Assembly: GCA_963834385.1 (NCBI GenBank)
Contig: CAWIBO010000005.1
Span: 1-64,000 of the forward strand
Direction: 5' to 3'
Length of the DNA stretch: 64,000 bases
Source: an uncultured Verrucomicrobiae bacterium
GTDB lineage: Bacteria > Verrucomicrobiota > Verrucomicrobiia > Chthoniobacterales > UBA10450
Positions 8,853 through 18,346 of this stretch are shown here, piece after piece. The number at the start of each line of letters is the position of its first letter. Within the stretch, counting starts at the first letter, position 1. The translations under genes were made by a program, and so were the position numbers. A model generated the notes under the pieces. The model was given only the letters and a program-made list of their open reading frames with translations, was not told where the DNA came from and made no database searches.

Positions 8853-10172
8853 ATGATTGCGCGCCGAGGGCCGGGAGAGGGAGAACGCCTCAACCACGTT
8901 CGCTTGTATCCTCCGGCGTCGACGCTCTCCCGGCTGGTCCTCCTGGTCCTCATCCTTTCCGCCATCGCGACCCCTTGGGCGAAAGCTCAACGCGATAGCC
9001 GCGGACGGCCCATCAGCGAGCACATGCTGGTGAACGATGCCAACAACAACCTGCGAAGCCGCACGACCATTCATCCGCAGGATAGCGATACGGCCGAGAT
9101 CACGCGCAATGGGAAAGGACAGATTACGGAGGTCAAGGTCAAGGGGCCCGACGGCAAGGTAGAACGACACATCACGATTGAGCGCGGACCGGAAACCACG
9201 ACGGTCAAGGACGTTTCCTATAACCCTGACGGGACGACCGCCTATTCGAGCACGACAACTTACGAAGGCGACGGTCTGGTGCGTTACGGCACCAAGCGGC
9301 ATCACGAAAGTTATTCCACCCCGCTCGATACCATGGGCCGCCCGACCGGCCCCCCTGTGGTGGTGCACAGCTGGGACGAGGAATGGCGCGATGGAGAATG
9401 GCTTCCGGTCACTCAGTCGTCGCTTAGTCCGCGGATCGCTTCCGGCGAGTTGAAGGTCGCGATCGCGGGGACCGGGAAGACGAGCGGCCACGTCGCGGAT
9501 CTGCGAATCACCAACACGACGAAGTCCCCGGCCAGCCTCACGATTCCGCCGATGGTGCTCGAGTCGGTCAGCGGCGAAACGCAGCATTATGCCATCCCGG
9601 GTGGAGCGGAGGCAACCATCGCCGCGGGAAAGACGAAGGTGGTGCCGGTTGATGGCGTTTGCCTGGTGCGGAACAAGCCCCCGGTCGGCCGCGGGGTGGC
9701 CGATGATCTCCTGATCAACGAAGGCGGTCCCGAGGGCGTGACCGGCCTAAAACTCCCGGCGAAAGATGTTCGCAGCATGTTGAAGATCGCGACCTCGGCT
9801 ACTCGCGCCGCGGAACAGCTGGAGAAAAATGGCGCGCTCAAGGAGATTCCATACTCCAACCCGGACAAAAGGGAGGAGATTGTGGTGCAGTGGAGCGTCT
9901 GGAGCAATCCGGAGCTCTCCAGTCTCACCGGGGTCCCGCCCGCCAGCCGCGAGGATTTGCAGAAGGTTGTCTACAAACAGATGTCGGGCACGATGACCCC
10001 CTCAAAAAAGAAGATCGTCGATGAAGGCATTGAGACGATCTTTGAAAAGGTCGAGCTCACCAGCGAGCGGGCCAAGGATCTCGAGGGGCCCGCGCCCTTG
10101 AATATTGCCGACGAAACAGAAGCGGCTCCGGTCGCGCCCGAGGATCCCTCCGCTTCTCCCTCCATACCATGA
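8853..10172 (+). CDS. Secreted hypothetical protein, paralog 1 (single-Cys conserved C-terminal domain)
   Basis: Signal peptide ending AKA; C-terminal half highly similar to the next gene; exact start uncertain. Confidence 0.8.
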   Translation: MIARRGPGEGERLNHVRLYPPASTLSRLVLLVLILSAIATPWAKAQRDSRGRPISEHMLVNDANNNLRSRTTIHPQDSDTAEITRNGKGQITEVKVKGPDGKVERHITIERGPETTTVKDVSYNPDGTTAYSSTTTYEGDGLVRYGTKRHHESYSTPLDTMGRPTGPPVVVHSWDEEWRDGEWLPVTQSSLSPRIASGELKVAIAGTGKTSGHVADLRITNTTKSPASLTIPPMVLESVSGETQHYAIPGGAEATIAAGKTKVVPVDGVCLVRNKPPVGRGVADDLLINEGGPEGVTGLKLPAKDVRSMLKIATSATRAAEQLEKNGALKEIPYSNPDKREEIVVQWSVWSNPELSSLTGVPPASREDLQKVVYKQMSGTMTPSKKKIVDEGIETIFEKVELTSERAKDLEGPAPLNIADETEAAPVAPEDPSASPSIP

Positions 10173-11473
10173 TAGGAACCATTTCGGCCTGGCGCCCGCC
10201 TGCTCCCTCTCTCCCGGCCCGTGGGGCGGGGCTCGCTGCGCTGGTCGTGATCGTTCTCGCCCTTGGCACCGCTTCCTTTCTCCACGGCCAGACTGACGCC
10301 GCGGGAAATACGATGACCGAGGACCAGCTGGTTAATGACAGCGACTTCGCCAACCGAGGCAAAACAACCAAAACGGACAACGACCCCGGAACGACCAGCG
10401 TCACGCGTGATGAAGATGGCAACGTCACCGACGTCGAGGTCAGGGATGGCAAAGGGCGTCTCCGGCGAAAAATAAAAATCCGCCGGATCCGTGGAAGGAC
10501 CACCGTAGAAACGACCGATTACCGCTGGGACAAAACGCGCGGGCACCCCACGCCGGATCGTTCCACGCAGACCGTCTGGGAAGGCGAAGGACGCCAAAGT
10601 CCCACGCAGCGGCACCATGAGATTTATGATCCGAATGATTCGCCGCCGGAAGGGGCTGAACCGGAGACAACCGAGAGCTGGTACGAACAATGGATCGACG
10701 GCCACTGGGTGCGCGGACCGCGGAGTGGATCCGGCCCACTCATCAGTCCGCTTATTTCCTCGGGCGCATTGAAAGTGGACATCGCCGGGACTGGCGAAAC
10801 GATCGGCCATATCGCGGATCTTCGTCTGACCAACACCACCGGAAAGCCGATGGCACTTTCGATTCCTCCCCTGGTCCTCGAGTCGATCAGTGGGAAGACG
10901 CAGCACTACGCCGTTCCGGGAGGGCAGGAGGTCGCGCTGGATCCGGGCCAAACCAAGACGGTGGGAGTCGACGGCGTTTGTCTTGTTAGAGGAAAACCAC
11001 CGGTCGGGCGCGGAGTGACAGGAGATTTGCTGATCAACGAGGGCGGCGAGCCAACGGTCGGTTCTCCGACCAAGCTCCCTGCCGGCGATGTGCGAACGAT
11101 GCTGCGAATGGCGCAGGCGACCTACAAGGCAGCGAAGCAGCTGGAGAAAGAGGGGGCGCTGAAGGAAATTCCGTATTCGGATCCGAAAAAGAAGCAGGAC
11201 ATCGTGGTGCAATGGAGCACCTGGATGAACCCGGACCTTGCCAAAGTGACCGGGGTCCCTCCCGCCACCCGGCAGGACCTGGAGAAGGTGGTTTACAAAC
11301 AGGTCGAGGCCAGCGGACCGATGACGCCGCAGAAAAAGAAAAAGGTCGATGAAGGGATCAACACGATCTTCGAGAAGATTGAACTGACCTCGGCGAGGGC
11401 GAAGGACCTCGAGGAGTCGGAGAAGGAAGAAGATCCCGCGAAAGAAGACCCGGTGGCAGACGCGGACAGGTGA
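10169..11473 (+). CDS. Secreted hypothetical protein, paralog 2
   Basis: ATGA overlap with paralog 1; signal peptide; shared C-terminal domain. Confidence 0.8.
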   Translation: MIGTISAWRPPAPSLPARGAGLAALVVIVLALGTASFLHGQTDAAGNTMTEDQLVNDSDFANRGKTTKTDNDPGTTSVTRDEDGNVTDVEVRDGKGRLRRKIKIRRIRGRTTVETTDYRWDKTRGHPTPDRSTQTVWEGEGRQSPTQRHHEIYDPNDSPPEGAEPETTESWYEQWIDGHWVRGPRSGSGPLISPLISSGALKVDIAGTGETIGHIADLRLTNTTGKPMALSIPPLVLESISGKTQHYAVPGGQEVALDPGQTKTVGVDGVCLVRGKPPVGRGVTGDLLINEGGEPTVGSPTKLPAGDVRTMLRMAQATYKAAKQLEKEGALKEIPYSDPKKKQDIVVQWSTWMNPDLAKVTGVPPATRQDLEKVVYKQVEASGPMTPQKKKKVDEGINTIFEKIELTSARAKDLEESEKEEDPAKEDPVADADR

Positions 11474-11512
11474 GCGTTCAGGAGGCCGACCTGGCGAGCC
11501 GGGTTTTCCGAA

Positions 11513-12076
11513 TCATTTCCAGGACGCGATCCCGCTTGCGTCCCAGTCGTTTTTCTTGCCGAGGGACCAGGCAATGGCGCCCTGCTTCAGCTCGATGCCG
11601 GTCCCGCGTTCCCGGACAATATTGTTATAATCAGAATCGATCACGATCGCATAGCCGCGGTTCCACGGATCGAGAAACAGTCCGGCCTGGGCCGAACCCA
11701 CGGGCTGGACCCCATAGGCGCCGGCGGTCGTGGCCGTCTTAGGTGAAAGAAAGACGATGTTCCGCGGATTGGCCGTGGCGTCATTTCCCATCAGGGTCTT
11801 CATGAGATCCGAGTTGGGCGGGGTGCCGGTCCCATCATAACTGTAGGAAAAATCCTCCCCGAACCCCTGGGAGGAATCGGGCAGGGGATACTTGCCGTAC
11901 TCCGTGTAGTAGGCATTCACCGCGGTAACGATCTGGGTGAGATCGTTCTTGGCCTGCACTTTTTTGGCGCGTTCCATCACGCCCTGGTAGGCGGGGAAAA
12001 GAAGGCCCATCAGGACCGCAATGATGGCGATCACGACCAGGACTTCGATGAGGGTGAATCCGCGGGAGTTTTTCAT
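11513..12076 (-). CDS. Prepilin-type N-terminal cleavage/methylation protein (pseudopilin GspG-like)
   Basis: RG|FTLIEVLVVIAIIAVL; AYYTEYGKYP; DPWNRGY. Confidence 0.9.
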   Translation of the reverse strand: MKNSRGFTLIEVLVVIAIIAVLMGLLFPAYQGVMERAKKVQAKNDLTQIVTAVNAYYTEYGKYPLPDSSQGFGEDFSYSYDGTGTPPNSDLMKTLMGNDATANPRNIVFLSPKTATTAGAYGVQPVGSAQAGLFLDPWNRGYAIVIDSDYNNIVRERGTGIELKQGAIAWSLGKKNDWDASGIASWK

Positions 12077-13440
12077 GGCCATTTCTGCATCTGCTCGGGG
12101 AACGGACAATGCGCGCAATCGGAGTCGTCCTGCAAACAGAAATCCTCGTAAATCTGCAATAATCCCTGCTGGTGGGCCACCGTCCGGGTGAACTGCTTGC
12201 GGCGTGGATCATCGCCGAAGAGCCGGGTGGCGGCGGTCTCGGCCCGGCGATTGGCCAGCCGGGCGGGCAGGGCCGCGTAAGCCGGCCAGACCTCGTGGCC
12301 CTCGGCGAGGGACGCGGGGAAGAAGACATTGGCGAGCAATTCGGCCACGCGGGAGGCGCCGACCAGCGCCATCGGGCGGGCGGTGGGCGCAGCGGTGAGC
12401 GTGTAATGATGTTCCCAGAAAGGGTGGGCGAGCCCGGCAAAGAACTTTCCGATTCTCCCCGGGTCGGGCGTCGCGACGGCGGCGGTCAGTTCGCCCCACT
12501 TTTCTACGAGGACGGCGAGGGCGCCGAGCCGGCGCTGCGGATGGTTGAGGGGGCGCGCGCCGCCCGCCTTCCAGATCGTGTCGGGCAGGACGAGCCGCTG
12601 GAGGGCATCGCGCTGCGGCCACCAGCTTTCCCAGAGGCGGCGCACATAATCGCGCGTGCCCGACTGATAGACAGAGAGATCGGCGGCGCGGAGAAACCCC
12701 GCCACGCCGAAGAGGAGCGCCTCGCTCACGGCCGGCTGGCGGCGGAGCGGGGAAAGAGGAAGCCGCTGGGCGAGGAGGAGGAACGGGAGCGTGTTCTGTT
12801 TGTAGCCGAGCGCGGTGGCGATCTCCTGGAAGAGCATTTGGTCGCGTCCGTGGCTGCGCACTCCACTTTCGAACCGCGCGGACTTGCGCTGGAGACGAAA
12901 CTGCGCGGCCGCCTCGAGAATGCCGGTGACGCGTTCCGCGGGTTCGCCACGCAGCGGAGCATGGCATCGCCCGGGACGCGCGAGCGGCACCGGCCCGGCG
13001 ATCTTCCCGGCAAGCAAGGCGAGGTCGACCTGGACCTGGGGCACGTAGCCGAACCGGTCGGTGCGCGTGAAGAAGGTGCGGGGGCTGCGTTCAACAAAAA
13101 CGTGGAGCACGGTGTTCGCGAAGGCCGGATTGGTGGCATGACCGTGCGTCTCCCAGTTGCGATCGATCAGGTCGAACTCGACGCTGCCGCGCAACGGACC
13201 GCGCGCGTCCATCTGGATAACGGCCTCGGTGAAATCAGGTCCCGCCTCCCGGTTCCAGACGCCAAAATGAATCACCTCCAGCCGGTGACCATCGACGGTG
13301 GTGAACTCGCGCCCGAAATCGCCCGCGAACCAGCGCGCCTGCAACTCCAGCTCCCCGGGGGTGCGGCGTGCGGGAAAAAGCTGGCGCTCCTCCACCCGGT
13401 CGCGGCAGCGCAGGGCGGCGTAACGCGCGGCGGCTGGCAA
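12073..13440 (-). CDS. DUF2851 family protein
   Basis: E.ELQ..W, G.WNREAGPDF, W..HGH..NP.F..VLHV, LGYKQN, RP.NHP.RRL, C-terminal Cys cluster. Confidence 0.85.
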   Translation of the reverse strand: MPAAARYAALRCRDRVEERQLFPARRTPGELELQARWFAGDFGREFTTVDGHRLEVIHFGVWNREAGPDFTEAVIQMDARGPLRGSVEFDLIDRNWETHGHATNPAFANTVLHVFVERSPRTFFTRTDRFGYVPQVQVDLALLAGKIAGPVPLARPGRCHAPLRGEPAERVTGILEAAAQFRLQRKSARFESGVRSHGRDQMLFQEIATALGYKQNTLPFLLLAQRLPLSPLRRQPAVSEALLFGVAGFLRAADLSVYQSGTRDYVRRLWESWWPQRDALQRLVLPDTIWKAGGARPLNHPQRRLGALAVLVEKWGELTAAVATPDPGRIGKFFAGLAHPFWEHHYTLTAAPTARPMALVGASRVAELLANVFFPASLAEGHEVWPAYAALPARLANRRAETAATRLFGDDPRRKQFTRTVAHQQGLLQIYEDFCLQDDSDCAHCPFPEQMQKWP

Positions 13441-13448
13441 CGGATCGC

Positions 13449-14498
13449 TCAGGCGGAAGCGGGTTCCGGCTCAGTCGCGGCCGGTTCGGCCACGGGAGCG
13501 GACAGTTTTTCTTCGAAGTAGGCCACGATCTCCTCCACCACGGCCGCACGCTGACGATCAAAGACGAAGGTGTATTTCGGGCCGCGCGAGTCGGACGGGA
13601 AAATGACGAGGTTCTCCGAGAGAAACTTCGGGTCGCGGCCCACCTTGTAACTGTCGAGCGCGATGGCCTGGAAAACGTCGCGGCCGCTTTTGCGGGCGAG
13701 AAAGATGAGCTTGCGCGGCTCCTCGTTGGTGGCGAGCAGGGCGCCAAAGAGATTGGCGGGGATGCGGGGCGCGCGCGTGCTCACGCAAGGGGCGGCCCAG
13801 GCAATGGTCTCGCCCAGAAGATTCTGGCGGCTCCACAGATGACCAAGGCGCGGGGAAAGGGTCAGCGGCAAACCGTCGCCGGTGCGGCTGCCGGCCGGGC
13901 CGTTGAGTTTTTTCAAAACCAACCAGAGCCGAACCTTGAAGGCGCGCAGGAGCTTGGGCGCGAAGTAAAGGAACAGGGCGACGAGAAAGGCAAAGACCGC
14001 GAGCGCCGCGACCGGGTGAAGCCAGATGAGCGTCAGTCCGCCGAGGACGAGCGCGTCTTCGCCCAGGCTGAGGCCGATGTTGGAAAATGGTTCCGGCGAA
14101 CTGTTGGCCACCAGCCGGGTGGTCGACTTGGCGGTATGACTGATCAGGCTGGTGGTGCCGGCGACGAGCGCGACCGCCACCTGATGCGTGGGGGTGGTTT
14201 CGCCCAAGGCCTGCAGGGCGAGGAGGGCGCCGCCGATCGGGCGGATGACGGTGTGCACCGTGTCCCAGGCCGAGTCGATCCAGGGAATTTTGTCGGCGAA
14301 AAACTCGAGAAGATAGAGCACGCCGGCGAGGACAATGATCATCGGATGGCTGAGGACATCGAGCGACTGGTAGGCGGGCGAGAGAACGATCCAGTGCTGG
14401 TTGATGGCCAGACCGGTCACGAAAACGGTGAGGTAAAGGTTGAGGCCCGCGAGCGTGGCGAGCCCGAGGGCGACGCCAAGTAGTTGCAACTGCTCCAC
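13449..14498 (-). CDS. DUF4126 domain membrane protein
   Basis: AGLNLY, EFFADKIPWIDSAWD, SPEPFSNIGLSLGED. Confidence 0.9.
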   Translation of the reverse strand: MEQLQLLGVALGLATLAGLNLYLTVFVTGLAINQHWIVLSPAYQSLDVLSHPMIIVLAGVLYLLEFFADKIPWIDSAWDTVHTVIRPIGGALLALQALGETTPTHQVAVALVAGTTSLISHTAKSTTRLVANSSPEPFSNIGLSLGEDALVLGGLTLIWLHPVAALAVFAFLVALFLYFAPKLLRAFKVRLWLVLKKLNGPAGSRTGDGLPLTLSPRLGHLWSRQNLLGETIAWAAPCVSTRAPRIPANLFGALLATNEEPRKLIFLARKSGRDVFQAIALDSYKVGRDPKFLSENLVIFPSDSRGPKYTFVFDRQRAAVVEEIVAYFEEKLSAPVAEPAATEPEPASA

Positions 14499-14640
14499 GG
14501 GTTTAGTATGCGACCGACCCCTGGAAAGTCACGCCGTTTTGGCCGGGGAGCGGGGTGGCGTGGCGGGAGCGTCCGCGTGTGCGCGGGCTGGTGGCGGGTG
14601 GAGGGTTGAGTGGGACGTGATGGGGGAAGTCGCGGTGGCT

Positions 14641-14715
14641 CCCAGGCTCGACGGAGTCTCGCCCTACCGGTGGAGGCGGTGCGGTCCCAGGCTCGACGGA
14701 GTCTCGCCCTACCGG
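14641..14715. repeat. Two tandem REP-like palindromes (minus strand GGTAGGGCGAGACTCCGTCGAGCC)
   Basis: Identical 30-mers at 14641-14670 and 14686-14715; variants at 50708 and 50848. Confidence 0.85.
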
Positions 14716-14782
14716 GGGATGGGCCGGGCGCGTTCTCCGGAGGGGGGTTGCGTCAATCGACGGAGGCTGATATTGCCTCGGC

Positions 14783-16054
14783 ATGCTTGATATCCGGCTC
14801 GTGCGCGAACAACCCGACCTGGTCAGGCAGCGGCTGGCGGCGCGGGGCGGGGAGGAAGCGGCGTTGATCGACCAGCTGGTGGAGATCGACACCGAACGGC
14901 GCCGGCACGAGACGCAGCTGCAGCAGTTGAATGCCGACCGCAAACGCCTGAGCAAGGAGGTGGGGGCGAAACGGAGCCGCGGCGAGGATTCAGCCGAGCT
15001 CGAGCAGGAGGTGCGCGGGATCGGCGAAAGCATCTCCGTGTTGGACGACAAGACGGCGGCGGGGGAAGAACGGCAGCGCGATCTTTTGCTGCAGATCCCG
15101 AATCTTCCGCAGGAAGCGGTGCCGGCGGGCGGCTCGGCCGCGGACAACCCGGTGGTCCGAAGCTGGGGAGAGAAGCGGGAATTTTCCGGGCCGGTGCGCG
15201 ACCATGTGGAGATCGGGGCGGCCCTGCAACTGCTCGACCTGGAACGGGCGGCGCGCCTGAGCGGGAGCGGTTTCATTTGTTTCACGGGCGCGGGCGCGCG
15301 GCTGGAACGGGCGCTGATCAACTTCATGCTCGACCTGCACACGCGGGAACATGGCTACCTCGAGGTGAGCACGCCGTTCCTGGTGCGGCGCGATTGCATG
15401 ATCGGGACCTCGCAGCTGCCAAAGTTCGAGGAGGACATGTATGGCCTGGAAAACAACCAGGTGTTCCTCGCGCCCACCGCGGAAGTGCCGGTGACGAACC
15501 TGCACCGCGAGGAGATCCTGCCCGTGGCCGAGCTGCCGAAGAAATTTGTCGCCTATTCGCCCTGTTTTCGCCGGGAAGCAGGCTCAGCCGGCCGGGAGAC
15601 GCGCGGCATCATCCGGGTGCACCAGTTCGACAAGGTGGAGCTGGTCAAGATCACGACGGCGGAGAACTCGGCGGCGGAACACGAGACCCTGACGGCCGAC
15701 GCGGAACGGGTCCTGCAAAAGCTGGAGCTGCCTTACCGGGTGGTGGAGTTGTGCGCGGGCGATCTGGGATTTGGCTCGTCGCGGACCTACGACCTGGAGG
15801 TCTGGTCGCCGGGCCAGGGGGCGCACCTCGAGGTTTCGAGCTGCTCGAACATGGGCGATTTCCAGGCGCGCCGGATGAACCTGCGCTACAAGGACGCCGA
15901 GGGGAAAAACCGGTTTTGCCACACGTTAAACGGGTCGGGGCTGGCCCTGCCGCGCGTTTTTGCGGCGTTGCTGGAGAACAACCAGCAGGCGGATGGATCG
16001 GTCCGGTTGCCCGCGGTGTTGCACGGGTATTTCGGCGCGGCCGAAATTCGCTGA
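14783..16054 (+). CDS. serS: Serine--tRNA ligase
   Basis: MLDIRLVR, PTAEVP, FRREAGS, HQFDKVE, TLNGSGLA. Confidence 0.98.
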   Translation: MLDIRLVREQPDLVRQRLAARGGEEAALIDQLVEIDTERRRHETQLQQLNADRKRLSKEVGAKRSRGEDSAELEQEVRGIGESISVLDDKTAAGEERQRDLLLQIPNLPQEAVPAGGSAADNPVVRSWGEKREFSGPVRDHVEIGAALQLLDLERAARLSGSGFICFTGAGARLERALINFMLDLHTREHGYLEVSTPFLVRRDCMIGTSQLPKFEEDMYGLENNQVFLAPTAEVPVTNLHREEILPVAELPKKFVAYSPCFRREAGSAGRETRGIIRVHQFDKVELVKITTAENSAAEHETLTADAERVLQKLELPYRVVELCAGDLGFGSSRTYDLEVWSPGQGAHLEVSSCSNMGDFQARRMNLRYKDAEGKNRFCHTLNGSGLALPRVFAALLENNQQADGSVRLPAVLHGYFGAAEIR

Positions 16055-16126
16055 AGCGGGCGGGGGAGACGAGCACGGAGCCGTGCTGGCACGTTTCCCT
16101 TTCCGGGGGGAGACTGGGGTGTCGAC

Positions 16127-17029
16127 TTGAACCTGAACAGCCAGCAGAAGATCCGGATCGGCTCCTGTGCCTGGAGCTTTGAGGCCTGGCGCGGGCCGTT
16201 TTATCCCCCGGGACTGCCGGCGCGGGAATGGCTGGAATACTACGCGCGCTATTTTCCCGCGGTCGAGATCGACTCGACCTTTTACGCGGTGCCGTCGGAG
16301 AAGGCGGTGCGGCACTGGCTGGAGGCGACGCCGGCTTCGTTTCGTTTTTCGTGCAAGCTGCCCCGGGAAATCACGCATGCCTGCCGCCTGCATGATTGCT
16401 CGCGGGAGATGACCGCGTTCCTGCGCGCGCTCGAGCCGCTGGCCCCGAAGCTGGGCGTGATCCTGGTGCAATTGCCTCCCTCCTTCACCCCGCGCGACAG
16501 CCGGCCGACCCTGCGCAATTTCCTGACGCAATTGCCGCGCGACTTCCGGTTTGCGATCGAGTTCCGCCATCCCGGCTGGCACCGGCGCCCGATCATCAGT
16601 CTCCTGGAGAAACACCGGGTCTGCTGGGTCTGGGCCGACACCAGCCCGCTGGACGAGCGGAACCTGGCGCCGTTCGAGTTTCTGCCGGAGACGACGGATT
16701 TTATCTACCTGCGTTTGCTGGGTGATTACTCGACGAAGTATGACCGCGACGGAAAACACCTGCAGCAGTATGGCAAGCTGCTCTGGAAACGGGAGGCGGC
16801 GCTGGAAAGCTGGGCCACGAAGATCGAGCGGCACCGGGAGGAGACGCGGAGCATCTGGGCGTTTGTGAACAATCATTTCGAAGGGTTCGCCCTGGAAACG
16901 GCGCAGCGGCTGGCGGACCGGCTGGGCTACGAACTGCCGCTGCCGGAGGACACGGTGCCGGCCCCGGCGGAACGGAGCCAGCTGGACCTGTTCGAAGACC
17001 GGGCGGAAACCCCGCGCGAACCGGCCTGA
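16127..17029 (+). CDS. DUF72 (YecE/UPF0759) family protein
   Basis: VEIDSTFY, LVQLPPSF, AIEFRH, FVNNHFEG; TTG start. Confidence 0.92.
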   Translation: MNLNSQQKIRIGSCAWSFEAWRGPFYPPGLPAREWLEYYARYFPAVEIDSTFYAVPSEKAVRHWLEATPASFRFSCKLPREITHACRLHDCSREMTAFLRALEPLAPKLGVILVQLPPSFTPRDSRPTLRNFLTQLPRDFRFAIEFRHPGWHRRPIISLLEKHRVCWVWADTSPLDERNLAPFEFLPETTDFIYLRLLGDYSTKYDRDGKHLQQYGKLLWKREAALESWATKIERHREETRSIWAFVNNHFEGFALETAQRLADRLGYELPLPEDTVPAPAERSQLDLFEDRAETPREPA

Positions 17030-17107
17030 ACAGGGGCCGCGCGGCCCGGGCCGCGGAGGGTGCGACCCTTGACTGGGGATGTATCCTTATCTACCCTGCC
17101 GCACCCC

Positions 17108-18346
17108 ATGAACCCGCGGTTCCGTTTCCTTTTCATCCTCGTCCTTGCCTGTTTCGCCTTCCCGGAGCGGAGCCCGGCGCCGGTCGTGTTCAAGCCCGGC
17201 GAAAAGGTGGAATACAGGGTCCCGGGCGACGAGGAAGTGAGCGGGGAAGCGCAGGAGCTTTTCGCCATCGGGCAGAAGGCGGAGGCGGACGGAAATTACC
17301 GGCGAGGCGTGAAGGCCTACGAAAAGCTGGTGCGCAACCACAAGCGCGACGTCCTGGCGCCGGAAGCCGCGTTCCAGGTCGGGGCGCTGCAGGAGAAACG
17401 GGAGCAATTTTTGCGCGCGGCCAAGGCCTTTCGCGTGGTGGTGGAGCAGTATCCCCAGAGCCCGCGGTTTGACGAGGCGATCGAGGCGCAGTTCCGGATC
17501 GGCGAGATGTTTCTCAACGGCAAAAGGGTGAAGTTCATGGGGATCCCGATGGCCAAGGGACTGGACCGGGCCATGGAAATTTTTGCGGCGATCGTGCGGA
17601 CAGCGCCCTACGGCAAGTATACGGCGCGGGCGCAGTTCAACATCGGGCTGGTGCGGGAGAAGCAGGGATTGAAAGACCAGGCGGTGGCGGCCTACCAGGC
17701 GGTGCTGGACAAGTTCCCGGACGAACCGGTGGCGGCGGACGCGCAGTATCAGCTCGGTTACATCTGGTACAATGCCGCGGAGGTGGGAACGCGCGATTCT
17801 TCCGCGATTAGCCAGGCCAAGACCGGCTTCGAGGATTTCCTGGCGCGTCATCCGAAGAGCGAGAAGGCGGCGCAGGCGCGCGAAAACCTGAACCGGCTCG
17901 AGAAGAAGGAGAACAGCGATGTCTTTGGCATTGCCCGTTTTTACGACAAGCGAAAGAATTACAAGGCGGCCGTGATGTATTACAACGACGTGATCCGGCA
18001 GCAGCCCGGCTCGCAAAACAGCGAGCAGGCCAAAAAGCGCATCGCCGCCATCCGCGAGAAGGTGGGCGACGCTGCCCTGGAAATTCCGAAGGTGCCGGTA
18101 AGCAAAAAGAAAACCGTCGCCAGTTCCCGCCGCGCGAGCAATTCCGAGCCCGCGGAGGAATCGCCCGAGATGAGGGCGGACCCGAATTCGGTTGCGCCCC
18201 TGCCGCCGCCCGAGGCGGATGAAGCGCTCCCGCCGCCTCCTTCGCTGGAGCCGGACACCACCACCGCGCCGGCGAGCAGCCCGGCGCCGTTTGATGAGAC
18301 CGAGAGTTCGCCCGCCCCCGAGGCGTCGGCGACCCCGTCGGAGTGA
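17108..18346 (+). CDS. bamD: Outer membrane protein assembly factor BamD-like TPR protein
   Basis: TPR repeats, F.IARFY.KRKNYKAAVMYY; adjacent to lptE. Confidence 0.75.
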   Translation: MNPRFRFLFILVLACFAFPERSPAPVVFKPGEKVEYRVPGDEEVSGEAQELFAIGQKAEADGNYRRGVKAYEKLVRNHKRDVLAPEAAFQVGALQEKREQFLRAAKAFRVVVEQYPQSPRFDEAIEAQFRIGEMFLNGKRVKFMGIPMAKGLDRAMEIFAAIVRTAPYGKYTARAQFNIGLVREKQGLKDQAVAAYQAVLDKFPDEPVAADAQYQLGYIWYNAAEVGTRDSSAISQAKTGFEDFLARHPKSEKAAQARENLNRLEKKENSDVFGIARFYDKRKNYKAAVMYYNDVIRQQPGSQNSEQAKKRIAAIREKVGDAALEIPKVPVSKKKTVASSRRASNSEPAEESPEMRADPNSVAPLPPPEADEALPPPPSLEPDTTTAPASSPAPFDETESSPAPEASATPSE

